Shown: positions 34,997 through 47,564 of the stretch, in pieces
Layout of the letters: every line of letters begins with the position of its first letter
Numbering within the stretch: the stretch's first letter is position 1
The notes under the pieces: model-generated
Told to the model about the DNA's origin: nothing
Databases searched by the model: none
The model's input: the letters and a program-made list of their open reading frames with translations, nothing else
DNA from: Octopus bimaculoides
Lineage: Eukaryota
Assembly: GCF_001194135.2 (NCBI RefSeq)
Contig: NC_068981.1
Location: forward strand, 139,569,793-139,617,356
Length of the DNA stretch: 47,564 nt
Reading direction: 5' to 3'
Made by a program: the position numbers and the translations under genes

Positions 34997-36055
34997 AATA
35001 TTATAAAATACTATAAAATTAATTTTAAAAACATAAATATATTTATTTACAACTATTAAAAATTTCTTGTTTTATTTTTTTCACTATAAAAAGGTTTAAT
35101 TAAATATTTAATGCCACAAAATACATATATATTTTAAAGGATTTTCTGTTTTTTCTTTTTTGTTACAATATTCGTAGAACTTTCGATTTCTTTATTGATA
35201 TTATCGGTAGTGTTAATGTTTGCAATGATCGTGATGTTATTTTTCATATTATATTTCCAATGGATATTGCTGTTTTCGTAATGGAGTTATGGGAGTGGAA
35301 ATCATATAAAATGATCCCAAATCAATGCCGAAGACATCAGATATTTTGCATAAAGCTGTCGCCTTTCAAGAGGTTAGCAGAAAGTCATTGGGAGATGTTG
35401 CATCGTGAACGGATACCATTAAAACTAGAGATATAATAATATTCATACGTTTTATCAGATCATAAGCTCACATCAAAAGATCGACCAAATTAAAATGCAA
35501 AAGCTTAGATTAATCTGCTTTCTCAGTTTAAAATCAAGGCAATTAAGGGACAGTAAGTATAAATGACGGTTTGGATGGAATGGAAAATTTGTAATATGCT
35601 AGACACGGCTGCAAACTGACATCGTTACACAACATTTCTAGGTTTAAGATACACAGCTATACAGCCACACATATTAATATATGTACAATTACACATCTCT
35701 CTTTCTCTCTGTTTATCTATCTATACATGTGTGTACATCTAACTCTCTCTCTCTCTATGTATCTATCTGTGTATGTATGTATGTATGTATGTATATATGT
35801 ATGTATCTGTCTATCTATCTATCTATTTCTATATGTACGCCACACACATGTATGTATATGTGTTGGCAAATATGTGTTTGTATTAAGCAACATGCATGTA
35901 ACAACGAGTAACACATTTTTGTACTTTGTACCAAAATAGTATTACGTTTTTCTTATGCATAAACGCAACTACAAGAAAGAAAATAAAAATGCTATATATC
36001 AGGTAACTGTAGTTGATAAATGTACGGTAGATGAAAGTTGTAGAAATGGAAGTAG

Positions 36056-36093
<38 letters not shown>

Positions 36094-39000
36094 CGCTTAT
36101 CTTATTTTTCCTCATTATTCCTCATTATTTGCGTCTTAATTTTGATGTATTACTGCTAGGGCACGCAGAACAGAATTTATGTATGTATGTATGTATGTAT
36201 GTATGTATATACGTATATATGTATGTATATCTATCTNNNNNNNNNNNNNNNNNNNNNNNNNNNNNNNNNNNNNNNNNNNNNNNNNNNNNNNNNNNNNNNN
36301 NNNNNNNNNNNNNNNNNNNNNNNNNNNNNNNNNNNNNNNNNNNNNNNNNNNNNNNNNNNNNNNNNNNNNNNNNNNNNNNNNNNNNNNNNNNNNNNNNNNN
36401 NCCGTTTAAAAAAGTGCTGAGTTAGAACATTTGATGACTTCCCAATACATTAAATTGAAGTGATTATTAGTTCAACGCTTTACATAAATGGAATTAAGAA
36501 GCATGACAGAATAATTTAGATTTTTAATTATTCTGCTGACACTAATTAGCTATGTTGTTGTTGTTATTTAATCCGCAACTGAGTTGTGATCTGGAAATCA
36601 TGTGATCAAAGACATTCCAGAAATGTTTACCCTATTTTATTTGCTAACATAATGTATCGAGAACTATATTTCCCTAGTTACACTCTCGTTTTGAATAAGT
36701 TTAAATATATTTTGCGTGTGAACTGGTTGCTATTTCTAGCCAATCACATGATTACACAGCCGTTCTCTTAGTAAGCTACTATGGTTTGTTGATTGTTAAT
36801 AATATCCATCAGCAACATCATAATTTTATACTAAATAAATATTATTGCACAGCATAACATTTATACAACACGGAATCGAAAGTGTATTAAATAATTATTA
36901 CATTTGTTAAGTACTTGTTAATTAGTGCCATAAATTGAAAATATATTAAACAGATAAATTAAAAAAAAACAAAAACAAAATAAGGACGCCTTACCCTACA
37001 TGTTCCGCTTTTTTACATCTTGAAATGTGCTATTTCATTAACATACACTGAGTATCATATTTGGATGAAGATACGGGCAATTTAGCAAATGCTTCATTAA
37101 TATGTTTTCGCGCCATCAGTACAACTTCTGAATGTTCTCGACGAAACTATCAAATGCTGCGTTATTCGATACTTACTATTAAAACAACAAAAGATGAAAA
37201 AAAAAAAAACCCCAGCAAAAAACCCTCTAAATTATTAGAAATATGTCAGAGAGTAATGTAATACTTTCTAAGTGTAGGTTTTCTGATGACTTTTACAAGA
37301 AAACAACAAAGTAATGTGGAAATTTACAGAAAGATTTTGACATATGAAAATAATTTTGCGCTATATTTCGTTTCCTTTCTTTCGTGCTATTTTTATGTAA
37401 TTCTATTTCTTTTCGCTTTCTTCCCACATCTATAAAACACGTTTTCTTGAAGTAACCTGAGTTTTTTTTTTAGTTTAATCGGACTACACATTCGCACATC
37501 GTCTATTCTCAGTTACATGGAAACCATTTTAGATAACATCACCACGATAGAATCACATGTTGTCTTTTAAACCTCATTTCACTCTATCGTTTATTTTTTC
37601 ACAAAAAAATTGTCTATGCAGAGTTTATTGACGTAACAAATATACTTTACTTTAAAAAATACCCACCTTTCTGTAGATAAAAATTTCTTGATTGTTTTCT
37701 TTCGATTTTAATTCATGCTTGCTACTACGACATATTTCTCGTACTGAGCCGGATTTAAAACATGGGGGGGGGGGCACTTCAGGTTTGGTGCGCCCTTTAT
37801 ACACAAGAATTAAATCTTAGAAAATTACCATATTTAAATCTCAAAATCCTTTTATTTCAAATAATTTTACTTCATTGTGAAAAATATAATGAAGGCAGGA
37901 AGAGTGGGATAAGATTTTTTCATTTAATGTGAGTTACATGTTTCAGAATGTAGAATAAGATAAAATGACGGGAAATTACAAAAAGAAAAAAATCCTTTTT
38001 GTGATTGTTGCTGTTCCAAAGCCATGATGAGACTGTGTGGATGTGTTTGTGTGTGTATGTGTCTGCGTGTGGGAGGTGAGCGTGTGTGTATGTGTGTGTG
38101 TGAGAGAGAGAGAGAGGTGGGGCAGAGATACCAACGTTAAGACATGGGTTTTAAAAATTCTTCTTTTAAAACGGCTTCCCTTCATTGTTTTGCAATGCAT
38201 GAAAAACAAAAAAAAATGAATAAAATAAAATAAAATAAAATAAAAAGCAGGTTAAATCCCGACAAAAACGGGGAAATTCAAACAGCTATTTCCGAAAGTC
38301 TGCTTTTCCCGCTTCCAGTAACAGTATGTGGGGCACAATGAGTAATATATACTGCATTTTTTTACTTAGAAGATAAAATATTTTACAAATGTTCACTACT
38401 TTACCAAAACTATATCAGCAACGTAAATACCTTCTCTAAACGCAGTAAAACCTATAACATGTTCAGAACACTCTTTCAGAAAATTATCTCTATTCTCTTT
38501 GAGCATATAAAAGACAAATTTAGGCGGGGCAAAACGGGTAAAACAAGACAAGGTACATATGCCCTTTTAGTTCTCCAGAATTAAGTCATATACATAAATA
38601 TTATCCATAGACATCAGATATTGAACAAAATTTAATATATCTTGGTCAAATGAAAGATGATTGTGGAAATATTGCACATAATTTTAAACTAATGAAACTC
38701 AGCTAAATCTAAGAAGATCAACGTGAAATATTTTTTATAGCTTCTTCACTATAGCTACTGGAATTACCCTTCTCCGCAACTGGTTTTCTACAACGTAACG
38801 CTTTCAATATAGGGATATACATCTGTTTGTTGCTGGGAACGATTCGTTAAGGATCTATTCCATCTCAATTTTCAATTTAATTTTTTTATAAGTAAACAGT
38901 TTGAAACTTCCAATACTGGTAGAATTTCACACGTTGAACACGGTTTACTCTGAACGTTTTTGACAAAATTTCGTATTTTAGAAGTTATTTCGTGTTAAAG

Positions 39001-39885
39001 TTGTTGTATTTAAGTAATTTCAACCAATCAACGACATTTATTCGGTTGACGAAAGCTACTGCTGTTTACGATAGTAATCGAAGAGGAATAAATTCCGGGT
39101 CATCTCTACTAAATGTCATTACGCAGTTCGAAGAATCAACACCATTGAAGAATCAAAACCAAGAAGGAAGAAATAAAACATCGGTGTTTTATCCACACAT
39201 AAAGCGCGCCAGTATTTAAAAGTCCTATAGAGCAACGTGTCCACAGCTAGCTTTTTGTTGTTGACGTATATATAGTTTTAAAATGCCTTATTTTACAACT
39301 ATGAGATATACTTATTGTATGATTTTATCTTAATATAATCAACACCAAACACATTTCGTCAATATAAAAGTCTTTATTCGATGAAAAAAATAAAATTATC
39401 AAAACATGAAGGTAAAACAAAACAAATAGCGGCTTATACACCGGAAAATAAGGTAATTGTAGTGGCAGTGACAAGTTCGCTCGCTGGTTGCTAGTTGATA
39501 GTGTAGAAAGGAGGGAGAAATAAGGAATGCACGGTACTGACTAGAAAGGAGGAAAGTTTCAAACTGATTAGTTAAAAAAAATTAATTTAAAAATCTGTGA
39601 TTGATGAAATAGATCTTACGTTAATGTTAATTGATGATAGAATTGTGTTCTTAAGTAGTTACCAATCATACATATATTCAAGCAATGATCTTTACACATT
39701 AAAATAAACGTGACCCTACAGAGACATACTCAAACAGTTTCATACACAAAGACACAAACATATATGTAGATATGAGCAAAACCAGTCATTAGTAAAATAT
39801 GTATATTATAATATATATGGATATATATATATATTCATATATACATAATCAGACGCAGACACATGATTGTATATATATGTGGTTT

Positions 39886-39939
39886 GCGCCTGAAGATTAT
39901 GTTCGAGTATTTTTCAATATATGAAACTACTAGTAGCAC
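39886..39939 (+). ncRNA. Degenerate type I hammerhead-ribozyme-like motif (PLE-type)
   Basis: The elements in order are gcgc, CTGAAGA (39890-39896), a stem II of tatgtt.ga/tc.aatata, GAAA (39923-39926), ACT-act-AGT, a GTA triplet (39933-39935) and gcac. Stem I has one mismatch and the stem II closing pair is T-T. Confidence 0.35.
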
Positions 39940-40787
39940 TTGAAGACATATATTGTGCTCTTCAAATAAATATCTATCTCTCACCAGATGGAGTACATTT
40001 ATGTTGAATTTTTTTAAATCACGGAACAGTACATTATATATATATATATATATATATATAAATATAAAGTTACTGTTAACAAAAGTCGGGATGCGTGGCG
40101 TTACGTTAGTCCATAAATGAAAAATACATTAAATACTGCAAAACGTACACGTAGGACAGATTCTAACTAGAACCCTAATACTCTATCAGTTATTGACAGA
40201 AAAATACGAAAACCTAGTTTCATACCTTTAATGATAAAGCCGGGAACTTGGTATATCGGCGGCACACGCTAGACTTATGGAGTATTAGGGCTCGGGCAAA
40301 CAAAGCAATACAGGGTGGACGCACGAAAGTAAACAATAGTAATTCGAAACGATAGACGAAGGCAATAAATAAATATAGCATTGGGTCCAAACAGAGTGAA
40401 AGATGGATTAACGCCTGGGAGAAATCTTCAAATGGATATAATGAACAGAGTTGAGAAGAGAACGAAAGAGCAAAAGAACAGAATTGAGCGTAAAAAGTTT
40501 GACCAGTACGTTAGGCGTGCAACGGCAAAAAGACAGAAGATTCAAAAACAGTCAGTGGTCACGTGTCCCTATTATTCTCTCTTCTCTTTTTCCTTCTTTT
40601 TCATCTCCTTCCTCTCCGTCACCTCCTACCTTACTTTACTACTACTGCTGTTTAGAACAACACATACGCAAATATTATAAACAATACATTCAAAAGAGAT
40701 GTCTCAAGAATTCAAACACTACTACCATCAACAACAAGTGACTTTCAGGGCACTTAACCATTTAACATCCTACTCCTATCATGACGT

Positions 40788-41173
40788 GGAGGTACAATGG
40801 CCAAGTGGTTAGGGCAGCGGACTCGCGGTCGTAGGATCGCGGTTTCAATTCCCAGACCGGGCGTTGTGAGTGATTATTGAGCGAAAACACCTAAAGGTTC
40901 ACGAGGCTTCGGCAGGGGATGGTGGCGAACCCTGCTGTACTCTTTTACCACAACTTTCTCTCACTCTTACTTCCTGTTTCTGTTGTGCCTGTAATTCAAA
41001 GGGCCAGCCTTGTCACACTGTGTCACGCTGAATATTCCCCGAGAACTACGTTAAGGTTACACGTGTCTGTGGAGTGCTCAGCCATTTGCGCGTTAATTTC
41101 ACGTGCAGGCTGTTCCGTTGATCGGATCAACTGGAACCCTCGACATCGTAAGGGACGGAGTGCCAACAACAAC
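40788..41173 (+). mobile_element. tRNA-derived SINE family D, apparently full length (~385 bp)
   Basis: The A box is tggccaagtggttagg and the B box is ggtttcaattccc. The tail ends gtgccaacaacaa. ctatcatg occurs on both flanks (40776-40783, 41173-41180) as a possible TSD. Confidence 0.85.
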
Positions 41174-41191
41174 TATCATGGTACTCCCGCA

Positions 41192-41221
41192 TTCTTCTTC
41201 TTCTTCTTCTTCTTCTTCTTC
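41192..41221. repeat. (TTC)10 microsatellite
   Basis: Directly visible. Confidence 0.95.
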
Positions 41222-41554
41222 ATCATCTTCTCTGCCAATAATTCACAACGACCTCGAACCCACAAGAGTAAACAAGAGAGACAGAGACAGGCAGAAACAA
41301 GGAAAATGTCCTTTGTATTTGAATCTTATTCAAATATTCTTTTAAAAAAAACTTTTCTTTTAATTTTTCCAAAATTTAATTGTTTTCCATACTTACAGTT
41401 GAAAACGTTTCATTGACTGAAGCCGGTACTGAAATGTTTTTTTATCAAACTATTTTAGCATTTTTCACCTTGACTTTTTTTCCATATATATAAACTCGTG
41501 TGTTCATTTTCAAACTTCTACATATATAAATATATATCGAAACAGTATGCAACT

Positions 41555-41682
41555 GTTACCTAATTTATCGACCCCGAAAGGATGAAAGGCAGAATTTGGA
41601 CTAGACTCAGAAAGTAAAGACAGACGAAATACCGCTAAGCATTTCGCGCCCGGCGTGCTAACACTTCTGCCAGCTTGCTGCA
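41555..41682 (-). mobile_element. SINE family A 5' part
   Basis: taatttatcgaccccgaaaggatgaaaggc...gaaataccgctaagcatttcgcgcccggcgtgctaac.cttctgccagcttgctgc. Confidence 0.8.
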
Positions 41683-41720
41683 TGTATATGTATATATATA
41701 TATATATATATCTATCTATC

Positions 41721-41759
<39 letters not shown>

Positions 41760-42766
41760 CGAGAGAGATATATATATATGTATATATATATGCATGTATA
41801 TACCACTGTGCGCGTTTGTTCTCCACTATCTCTTGACAACTGGCGTTAGTTTGTTTGTATCCTCGTTNNNNNNNNNNNNNNNNNNNNNNNNNNNNNNNNN
41901 NNNNNNNNNNNNNNNNNNNNNNNNNNNNNNNNNNNNNNNNNNNNNNNNNNNNNNNNNNNNNNNNNNNNNNNNNNNNNNNNNNNNNNNNNNNNNNNNNNNN
42001 NNNNNNNNNNNNNNNNNNNNNNNNNNNNNNNNNNNNNNNNNNNNNNNNNNNNNNNNNNNNNNNNNNNNNNNNNNNNNNNNNNNNNNNNNNNNNNNNNNNN
42101 NNNNNNNNNNNNNNNNNNNNNNNNNNNNNNNNNNNNNNNNNNNNNNNNNNNNNNNNNNNNNNNNNNNNNNNNNNNNNNNNNNNNNNNNNNNNNNNNNNNN
42201 NNNNNNNNNNNNNNNNNNNNNNNNNNNNNNNNNNNNNNNNNNNNNNNNNNNNNNNNNNNNNNNNNNNNNNNNNNNNNNNNNNNNNNNNNNNNNNNNNNNN
42301 NNNNNNNNNNNNNNNNNNNNNNNNNNNNNNNNNNNNNNNNNNNNNNNNNNNNNNNNNNNNNNNNNNNNNNNNNNNNNNNNNNNNNNNNNNNNNNNNNNNN
42401 NNNNNNNNNNNNNNNNNNNNNNNNNNNNNNNNNNNNNNNNNNNNNNNNNNNNNNNNNNNNNNNNNNNNNNNNNNNNNNNNNNNNNNNNNNNNNNNNNNNN
42501 NNNNNNNNNNNNNNNNNNNNNNNNNNNNNNNNNNNNNNNNNNNNNNNNNNNNNNNNNNNNNNNNNNNNNNNNNNNNNNNNNNNNNNNNNNNNNNNNNNNN
42601 NNNNNNNNNNNNNNNNNNNNNNNNNNNNNNNNNNNNNNNNNNNNNNNNNNNNNNNNNNNNNNNNNNNNNNNNNNNNNNNNNNNNNNNNNNNNNNNNNNNN
42701 NNNNNNNNNNNNNNNNNNNNNNNNNNNNNNNNNNNNNNNNNNNNNNNNNNNNNNNNNNNNNNNNNN

Positions 42767-42805
<39 letters not shown>

Positions 42806-42806
<1 letters not shown>

Positions 42807-43330
42807 AAGGCGCGTGACTCAGTGTTAGAGCGTGGGGCTCACAATCATAAGGTTGTGAGTTCGATTCCTGGACGCGGCTATGGGTTGCGTTGTGTGCTTG
42901 AGCGATTTCCACCCATTTACTTATTTTTGCTAAAATTTTCGTTCTTACTTGCAAACTTTTCAATAGTCGTTGACTGTGTCCGTTATTGGAATTGCGTTCT
43001 TTTTTTCTACGCATACGTATGCATCAGTCTGCGTACGCATACACGTACGTACGTACGTACGTATGTATGCATGTATGTATGTATGGATGGATGTGTATAT
43101 ATGTGTATGTGTGTGTGTGTGTGTGTGTGTGTTATTTCATGTTGCTCCAGTTCATTCATCTGTAGAAATTAATTACGATGCCAAGCTATATCGGTGTTTG
43201 CCTTTCCCTTCGATAACATTGTTGGCGTGGAGAGAGGAGACTGGTCTTCCATAAAATAAGTATATAGGTCTCCACGAGGGGAACTCCCTAGGTGCAATCG
43301 GACGGTCATTCATGGACGAAGGGGAGCCCA
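42806..43330 (+). mobile_element. tRNA-derived SINE family C split by about 225 bp of AT-rich and microsatellite sequence
   Basis: The head gaaggcgcgtgactcagtgttagagcg...gagttcgattcctgg...gtgtgcttgagcg runs to about 42905. The body resumes at about 43131 with ttatttcatgttgctccagttca. Confidence 0.65.
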
Positions 43331-43356
43331 TACACACACACATACATGCAGCGTAC

Positions 43357-43388
<32 letters not shown>

Positions 43389-44149
43389 CTGTGTGTCAGC
43401 AGTTGTGCTTATGTTTACCAGTGTAAAACCTGTGTTATGGCAAGAAATTAGTGCTAGTGGTGTTACAAACATAAATTAACAAAATAAAATAAGAACTATA
43501 CAGTAAACAGTTCGTTCGTTTAAGTAAAACATGACTGCTACACAATCTTATTTAGTGTAGGCTGTTAATTTGATGCACTCAACTTCCTTAAGAAAGGATT
43601 AAAAACTGAAATATTATCAAACTACCCTATATCTTAGTTTATTTGAATATTTAAATTTAATATTGTAAACATGTATATTATTTAAACGATAACATATTTT
43701 GTAGTTTCACTTGTATATCAAACGCTGTTTTACGTTTATCCAAGATAATTTTTTAGCATTAATCAAACAACATCTCTCGTTTGAAACGTCTTTTGAGCGC
43801 ATCCTCACTCCTATTTGACTTGCAGTCATTCTTATTATAAAAAAGGCCAAGTAAGTGTAATCTCTATAGTACGTCCGACGGGCATATTAGACATATGTCA
43901 CGAGAATAGAATTCTTATCTGCATCTTCATCCGTAAACATATCGTACAGTCGCCATTTATACTTTGTTATTCAGTTCAGTAAAAATAGTACGACAAAGTA
44001 AAATGGTAAGAAAATATTCTTTGCTCAATCTTTTCTGTGTTACTCTCTTTCAATGTATCAGTTACTATTTGTGTGTCTGTTTGTTTTCCCTTTCCCCTTA
44101 TCACTATGTCTTTTTCTTCTCCTCTATTTTCCCCCTCTCCCTCTCTCTC

Positions 44150-44168
44150 TCGCGGCGTATACATACAT

Positions 44169-44266
<98 letters not shown>

Positions 44267-44319
44267 TTATGTATATATAAATATATATATATATATGTAT
44301 GTATGTATATATACATATG

Positions 44320-44352
<33 letters not shown>

Positions 44353-44720
44353 ATATNNNNNNNNNNNNNNNNNNNNNNNNNNNNNNNNNNNNNNNNNNNN
44401 NNNNNNNNNNNNNNNNNNNNNNNNNNNNNNNNNNNNNNNNNNNNNNNNNNNNNNNNNNNNNNNNNNNNNNNNNNNNNNNNNNNNNNNNNNNNNNNNNNNN
44501 NNNNNNNNNNNNNNNNNNNNNNNNNNNNNNNNNNNNNNNNNNNNNNNNNNNNNNNNNNNNNNNNNNNNNNNNNNNNNNNNNNNNNNNNNNNNNNNNNNNN
44601 NNNNNNNNNNNNNNNNNNNNNNNNNNNNNNNNNNNNNNNNNNNNNNNNNNNNNNNNNNNNNNNNNNNNNNNNNNNNNNNNNNNNNNNNNNATATACATGT
44701 GTGTGTGTATGTATGTATAT
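44150..44720. repeat. Long compound microsatellite (ACAT/CA/TA/TATG) spanning a gap
   Basis: Directly visible, with Ns at 44357-44690. Confidence 0.95.
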
Positions 44721-45616
44721 AAATAAAACAGAGACTGAGATATATTGAGAGAAATAGCAGAAAAGACAGAGATTATATGAAGCCAAACAATACGAAAGAA
44801 AAAAAAAACAAAAAAAAAAAGCAAAGCATTCTTCAGAAGTAACATTTCTAAAGTATCGACTAAAACAAATAATGCCGTATTTAATGAAAATTAGAATAAA
44901 AATATAGACAAAGACATGAAAAAACAGGAAAGAAAAACTTCTCAGAAACATTAAGAGTATCATGTGCAGACCTACAAACATCAGTTAGTCATTAACAGTA
45001 TCATACAGTAGTTGTAAGATACAAGCTTGCTATAAAAAAGTTAGACTTGGCTGGTTACAGATGTGCCATTAATAACACTTCACTTTGCATGCTGCTTGCT
45101 TTTTTTCTAGATTATATAGCATGAAGTTATTATAGCTGACAATTAATACCTAAGATGTTCATCCATGTTAGATAGTATATTTCTCTTATTTCGTAAGTGA
45201 TACAGAGCGAAGTGAATAAAATGATAGAATTTAAATATAACAGACGCATAAAATTAATATTTGTTCTGTTTCCAGTAACATTACCATCTTTCTCAATGTG
45301 CTGTATTAGGTGGGAGTTATAATGATATTTGTTCTAGCATTTAAATCAAATGTATTTAGTTTCTTTTGCCATTTGGAAAGTAGAGCTGCATACGATTTCT
45401 CATCGTAACAGTATATACTACAGCATTTTATTTTCGATTTCTGTAACATTTGACAAGCTCCGACATTAAAACGGATTTTAGATGAGAGATAGATTAAAAG
45501 TAGTTTGTATAGAACTGTTACTGATAGTATTATATGTAGACATCCCCAAAAATATATATACAAAAATCATACACAATACATACGCACAATTATGAATGTG
45601 TGACTATATATATGCA

Positions 45617-45660
<44 letters not shown>

Positions 45661-46380
45661 ATGCATACATACACACATACATGCATGCATACATGCATAC
45701 ACACATGCATTCTGAATATTTTCAATTCCAATAGATTACAAATTAGATGTACGACATTTAGAAAGTAGGTCATCGCTAAAATTCTATCATCAGTCTGTAG
45801 CAAGAAATAAAATTCGACGTACATCTATAATGTAGCATAATGCAAAAAAAGAAACACAAAACAAAAAAAAGATTGGAGAAAGAAAACCAAAAGTTTAAAG
45901 AAAACATTGATTTCAATGCATCAAAAAAAAAAAGCCTCAAAGTTAAAAGCTTCAATGAAATTGACTTAAAAAAAAATAAGATTCTTTGCCATATATTACT
46001 AATATATCTTTTAAAATAACATTGAATCCCGGATTAGTTAGATATTTTGAAAATGCATATAATATAAAAACATAGCGTTACATTTTATATTATGTCATAG
46101 ATATGAAATCCTACAAGAGGGATATCACAACTGTTATTGGAGACAGGAAGATTCTGAACCAATAAATTAGGTAGCCGACCCATTGAGCTTAACATTCTTT
46201 CTTTGGAATACTTATTAAAACCTTTCTGTTGGCAATTAGATAGCATAGAAGTAATATCATATGACGCTTCACTATTGCTGCAATCTATTGCGTGTAAAAT
46301 ATATAAAACAGCGGTGAGAGTTCAGCAGTATGCAGTTAGCTCTGCATGGCATAAACTATAGACTTCATTAGATTGTAGTA

Positions 46381-46424
<44 letters not shown>

Positions 46425-47346
46425 NNNNNNNNNNNNNNNNNNNNNNNNNNNNNNNNNNNNNNNNNNNNNNNNNNNNNNNNNNNNNNNNNNNNNNNNNNNN
46501 NNNNNNNNNNNNNNNNNNNNNNNNNNNNNNNNNNNNNNNNNNNNNNNNNNNNNNNNNNNNNNNNNNNNNNNNNNNNNNNNNNNNNNNNNNNNNNNNNNNN
46601 NNNNNNNNNNNNNNNNNNNNNNNNNNNNNNNNNNNNNNNNNNNNNNNNNNNNNNNNNNNNNNNNNNNNNNNNNNNNNNNNNNNNNNNNNNNNNNNNNNNN
46701 NNNNNNNNNNNNNNNNNNNNNNNNNNNNNNNNNNNNNNNNNNNNNNNNNNNNNNNNNNNNNNNNNNNNNNNNNNNNNNNNNNNNNNNNNNNNNNNNNNNN
46801 NNNNNNNNNNNNNNNNNNNNNNNNNNNNNNNNNNNNNNNNNNNNNNNNNNNNNNNNNNNNNNNNNNNNNNNNNNNNNNNNNNNNNNNNNNNNNNNNNNNN
46901 NNNNNNNNNNNNNNNNNNNNNNNNNNNNNNNNNNNNNNNNNNNNATATATATATATATATATATATATATACTATATGTATACTATATATATGTTATATG
47001 TATAATAAATATATGTATTATATATATAATATATGTAAATACATATATGTATATGTATGTATTTATATATATGTATGTGTATATGCATATATATATACAC
47101 GCACACACACACACACACACATACACACACACACACACACACACATATATATCAACAGTTGAGATCCAGAGATGCTCAATATAGAAAACACTTTGTAGTG
47201 GTCAAATGATTTGAACTTACACAGCGAAATCCTTATCGATGCCTAAATCCTCGCCATAGAACATGGCTATAGTGATGTGTCTATACATGAATGTTCATTT
47301 TCTGCATATTTTCAGCGTTTTCTCTCTCTCTCTATATATATATATC

Positions 47347-47519
47347 TGTTGTACCGACGCCCCTAGGCGAAGAAGTAGGACCTCCCAAGACATATAAATC
47401 GAGGTAGTCTGACTGTGGTAGGAGTGTTGAAGTGTTGAGTAGCAGTCGAGTAGCAGTTGTGTAGCGGTTGAGTAGAGATCATCCGAAAGTGCTAGATAGC
47501 AGCAGCTTGAGACATAACA
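47347..47519 (+). mobile_element. Solo LTR (173 bp) with 5-bp TSD
   Basis: Termini are tgttg...taaca (TG...CA). atatc flanks both sides (47342-47346 and 47520-47524). There is an internal TATA-like atataaa. Confidence 0.75.
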
Positions 47520-47533
47520 ATATCCCTATTGAT

Positions 47534-47564
<31 letters not shown>

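Noticed and set aside
36596-36753. Regulatory module of two inverted M-box/E-box motifs (tcatgtga, tcacatga) plus CCAAT
   Set aside because: Short motifs are expected by chance in 47 kb and no associated gene was found.
16851-37800. MITE 5' ends at 16851 (cagtcatgggtccaag..ggggg) and 37745 (gagccggatttaaaa..ggggg)
   Set aside because: The starts resemble the element at 21388, but no matching opposite end was identified.
21176-42875. tRNA genes at 8150-8215, 21176, 40788 and 42806
   Set aside because: A and B boxes are present, but there is no complete cloverleaf or acceptor stem and each continues into a SINE body. They are SINE heads.
3488-44981. Long ORFs in the track that span N runs or microsatellites (e.g. 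41716-43014, 44124-44981, 7986-8675)
   Set aside because: They are artefacts of stop-free Ns and of (TA)n/(CA)n repeats giving YI/HT/CV peptides, with no coding signal.
45279-45340. Minus-strand exon ending at a donor AAAGATG|gtaatg (NKYHYNSHLIQHIEKD)
   Set aside because: The acceptor is weak, the peptide is unrecognised and no neighbouring exons link to it.
46160-46340. Core promoter (CCAAT, tatataaaa at 46300-46308, Inr-like tcag)
   Set aside because: TATA-like strings are ubiquitous in this AT-rich DNA and the downstream sequence is a microsatellite and gap.
1-47564. CRISPR array, rRNA genes or a prokaryotic operon
   Set aside because: There are no regularly spaced repeat-spacer units, rRNA motifs or dense ORFs. 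The sequence is eukaryotic repeat-rich DNA.

Overview
AT-rich, microsatellite-saturated eukaryotic genomic DNA with ten N-gaps: 3532-3963, 8257-8537, 15537-15803, 22341-22418, 26565-26780, 30659-31108, 36237-36401, 41868-42766, 44357-44690 and 46425-46944. The SINE families and repeat landscape look like an octopus (coleoid cephalopod) draft assembly. That assignment is inferred from recalled repeat families, not from a search. I could not recognise any host protein-coding gene, rRNA, true tRNA or CRISPR array. The window reads as intergenic or intronic DNA densely packed with transposable elements. Retroelements include a Penelope-like RT fragment, three RTE-clade LINE relics (one ending in three C2H2 fingers), CR1/L2-group LINE 3' ends, a Gypsy integrase with PPT and probable LTR, a Tx1/L1 ORF2 fragment, a HERO-like 3' end and a solo LTR with a 5-bp TSD. 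DNA elements include a near full-length dead mariner, a Tc1 fragment and two MITEs. About 20 tRNA-derived SINE copies of four families are also present. The most unusual object is a ~1.9-kb L1/Tx1-type element (25219-27148) flanked by a perfect 16-bp duplication. It appears to encode only an ORF1p/gag-like zinc-knuckle protein and sits inside a probable Gypsy LTR. Other structures of note are an ~185-bp near-perfect palindrome inserted in the internal (TA)n of a SINE, a SINE tail shared with an in-window LINE 3' end, hammerhead-ribozyme-like relics and an inverted SINE cluster. All family names come from manual translation and motif recall and need confirmation by Dfam/Repbase/HMMER searches.
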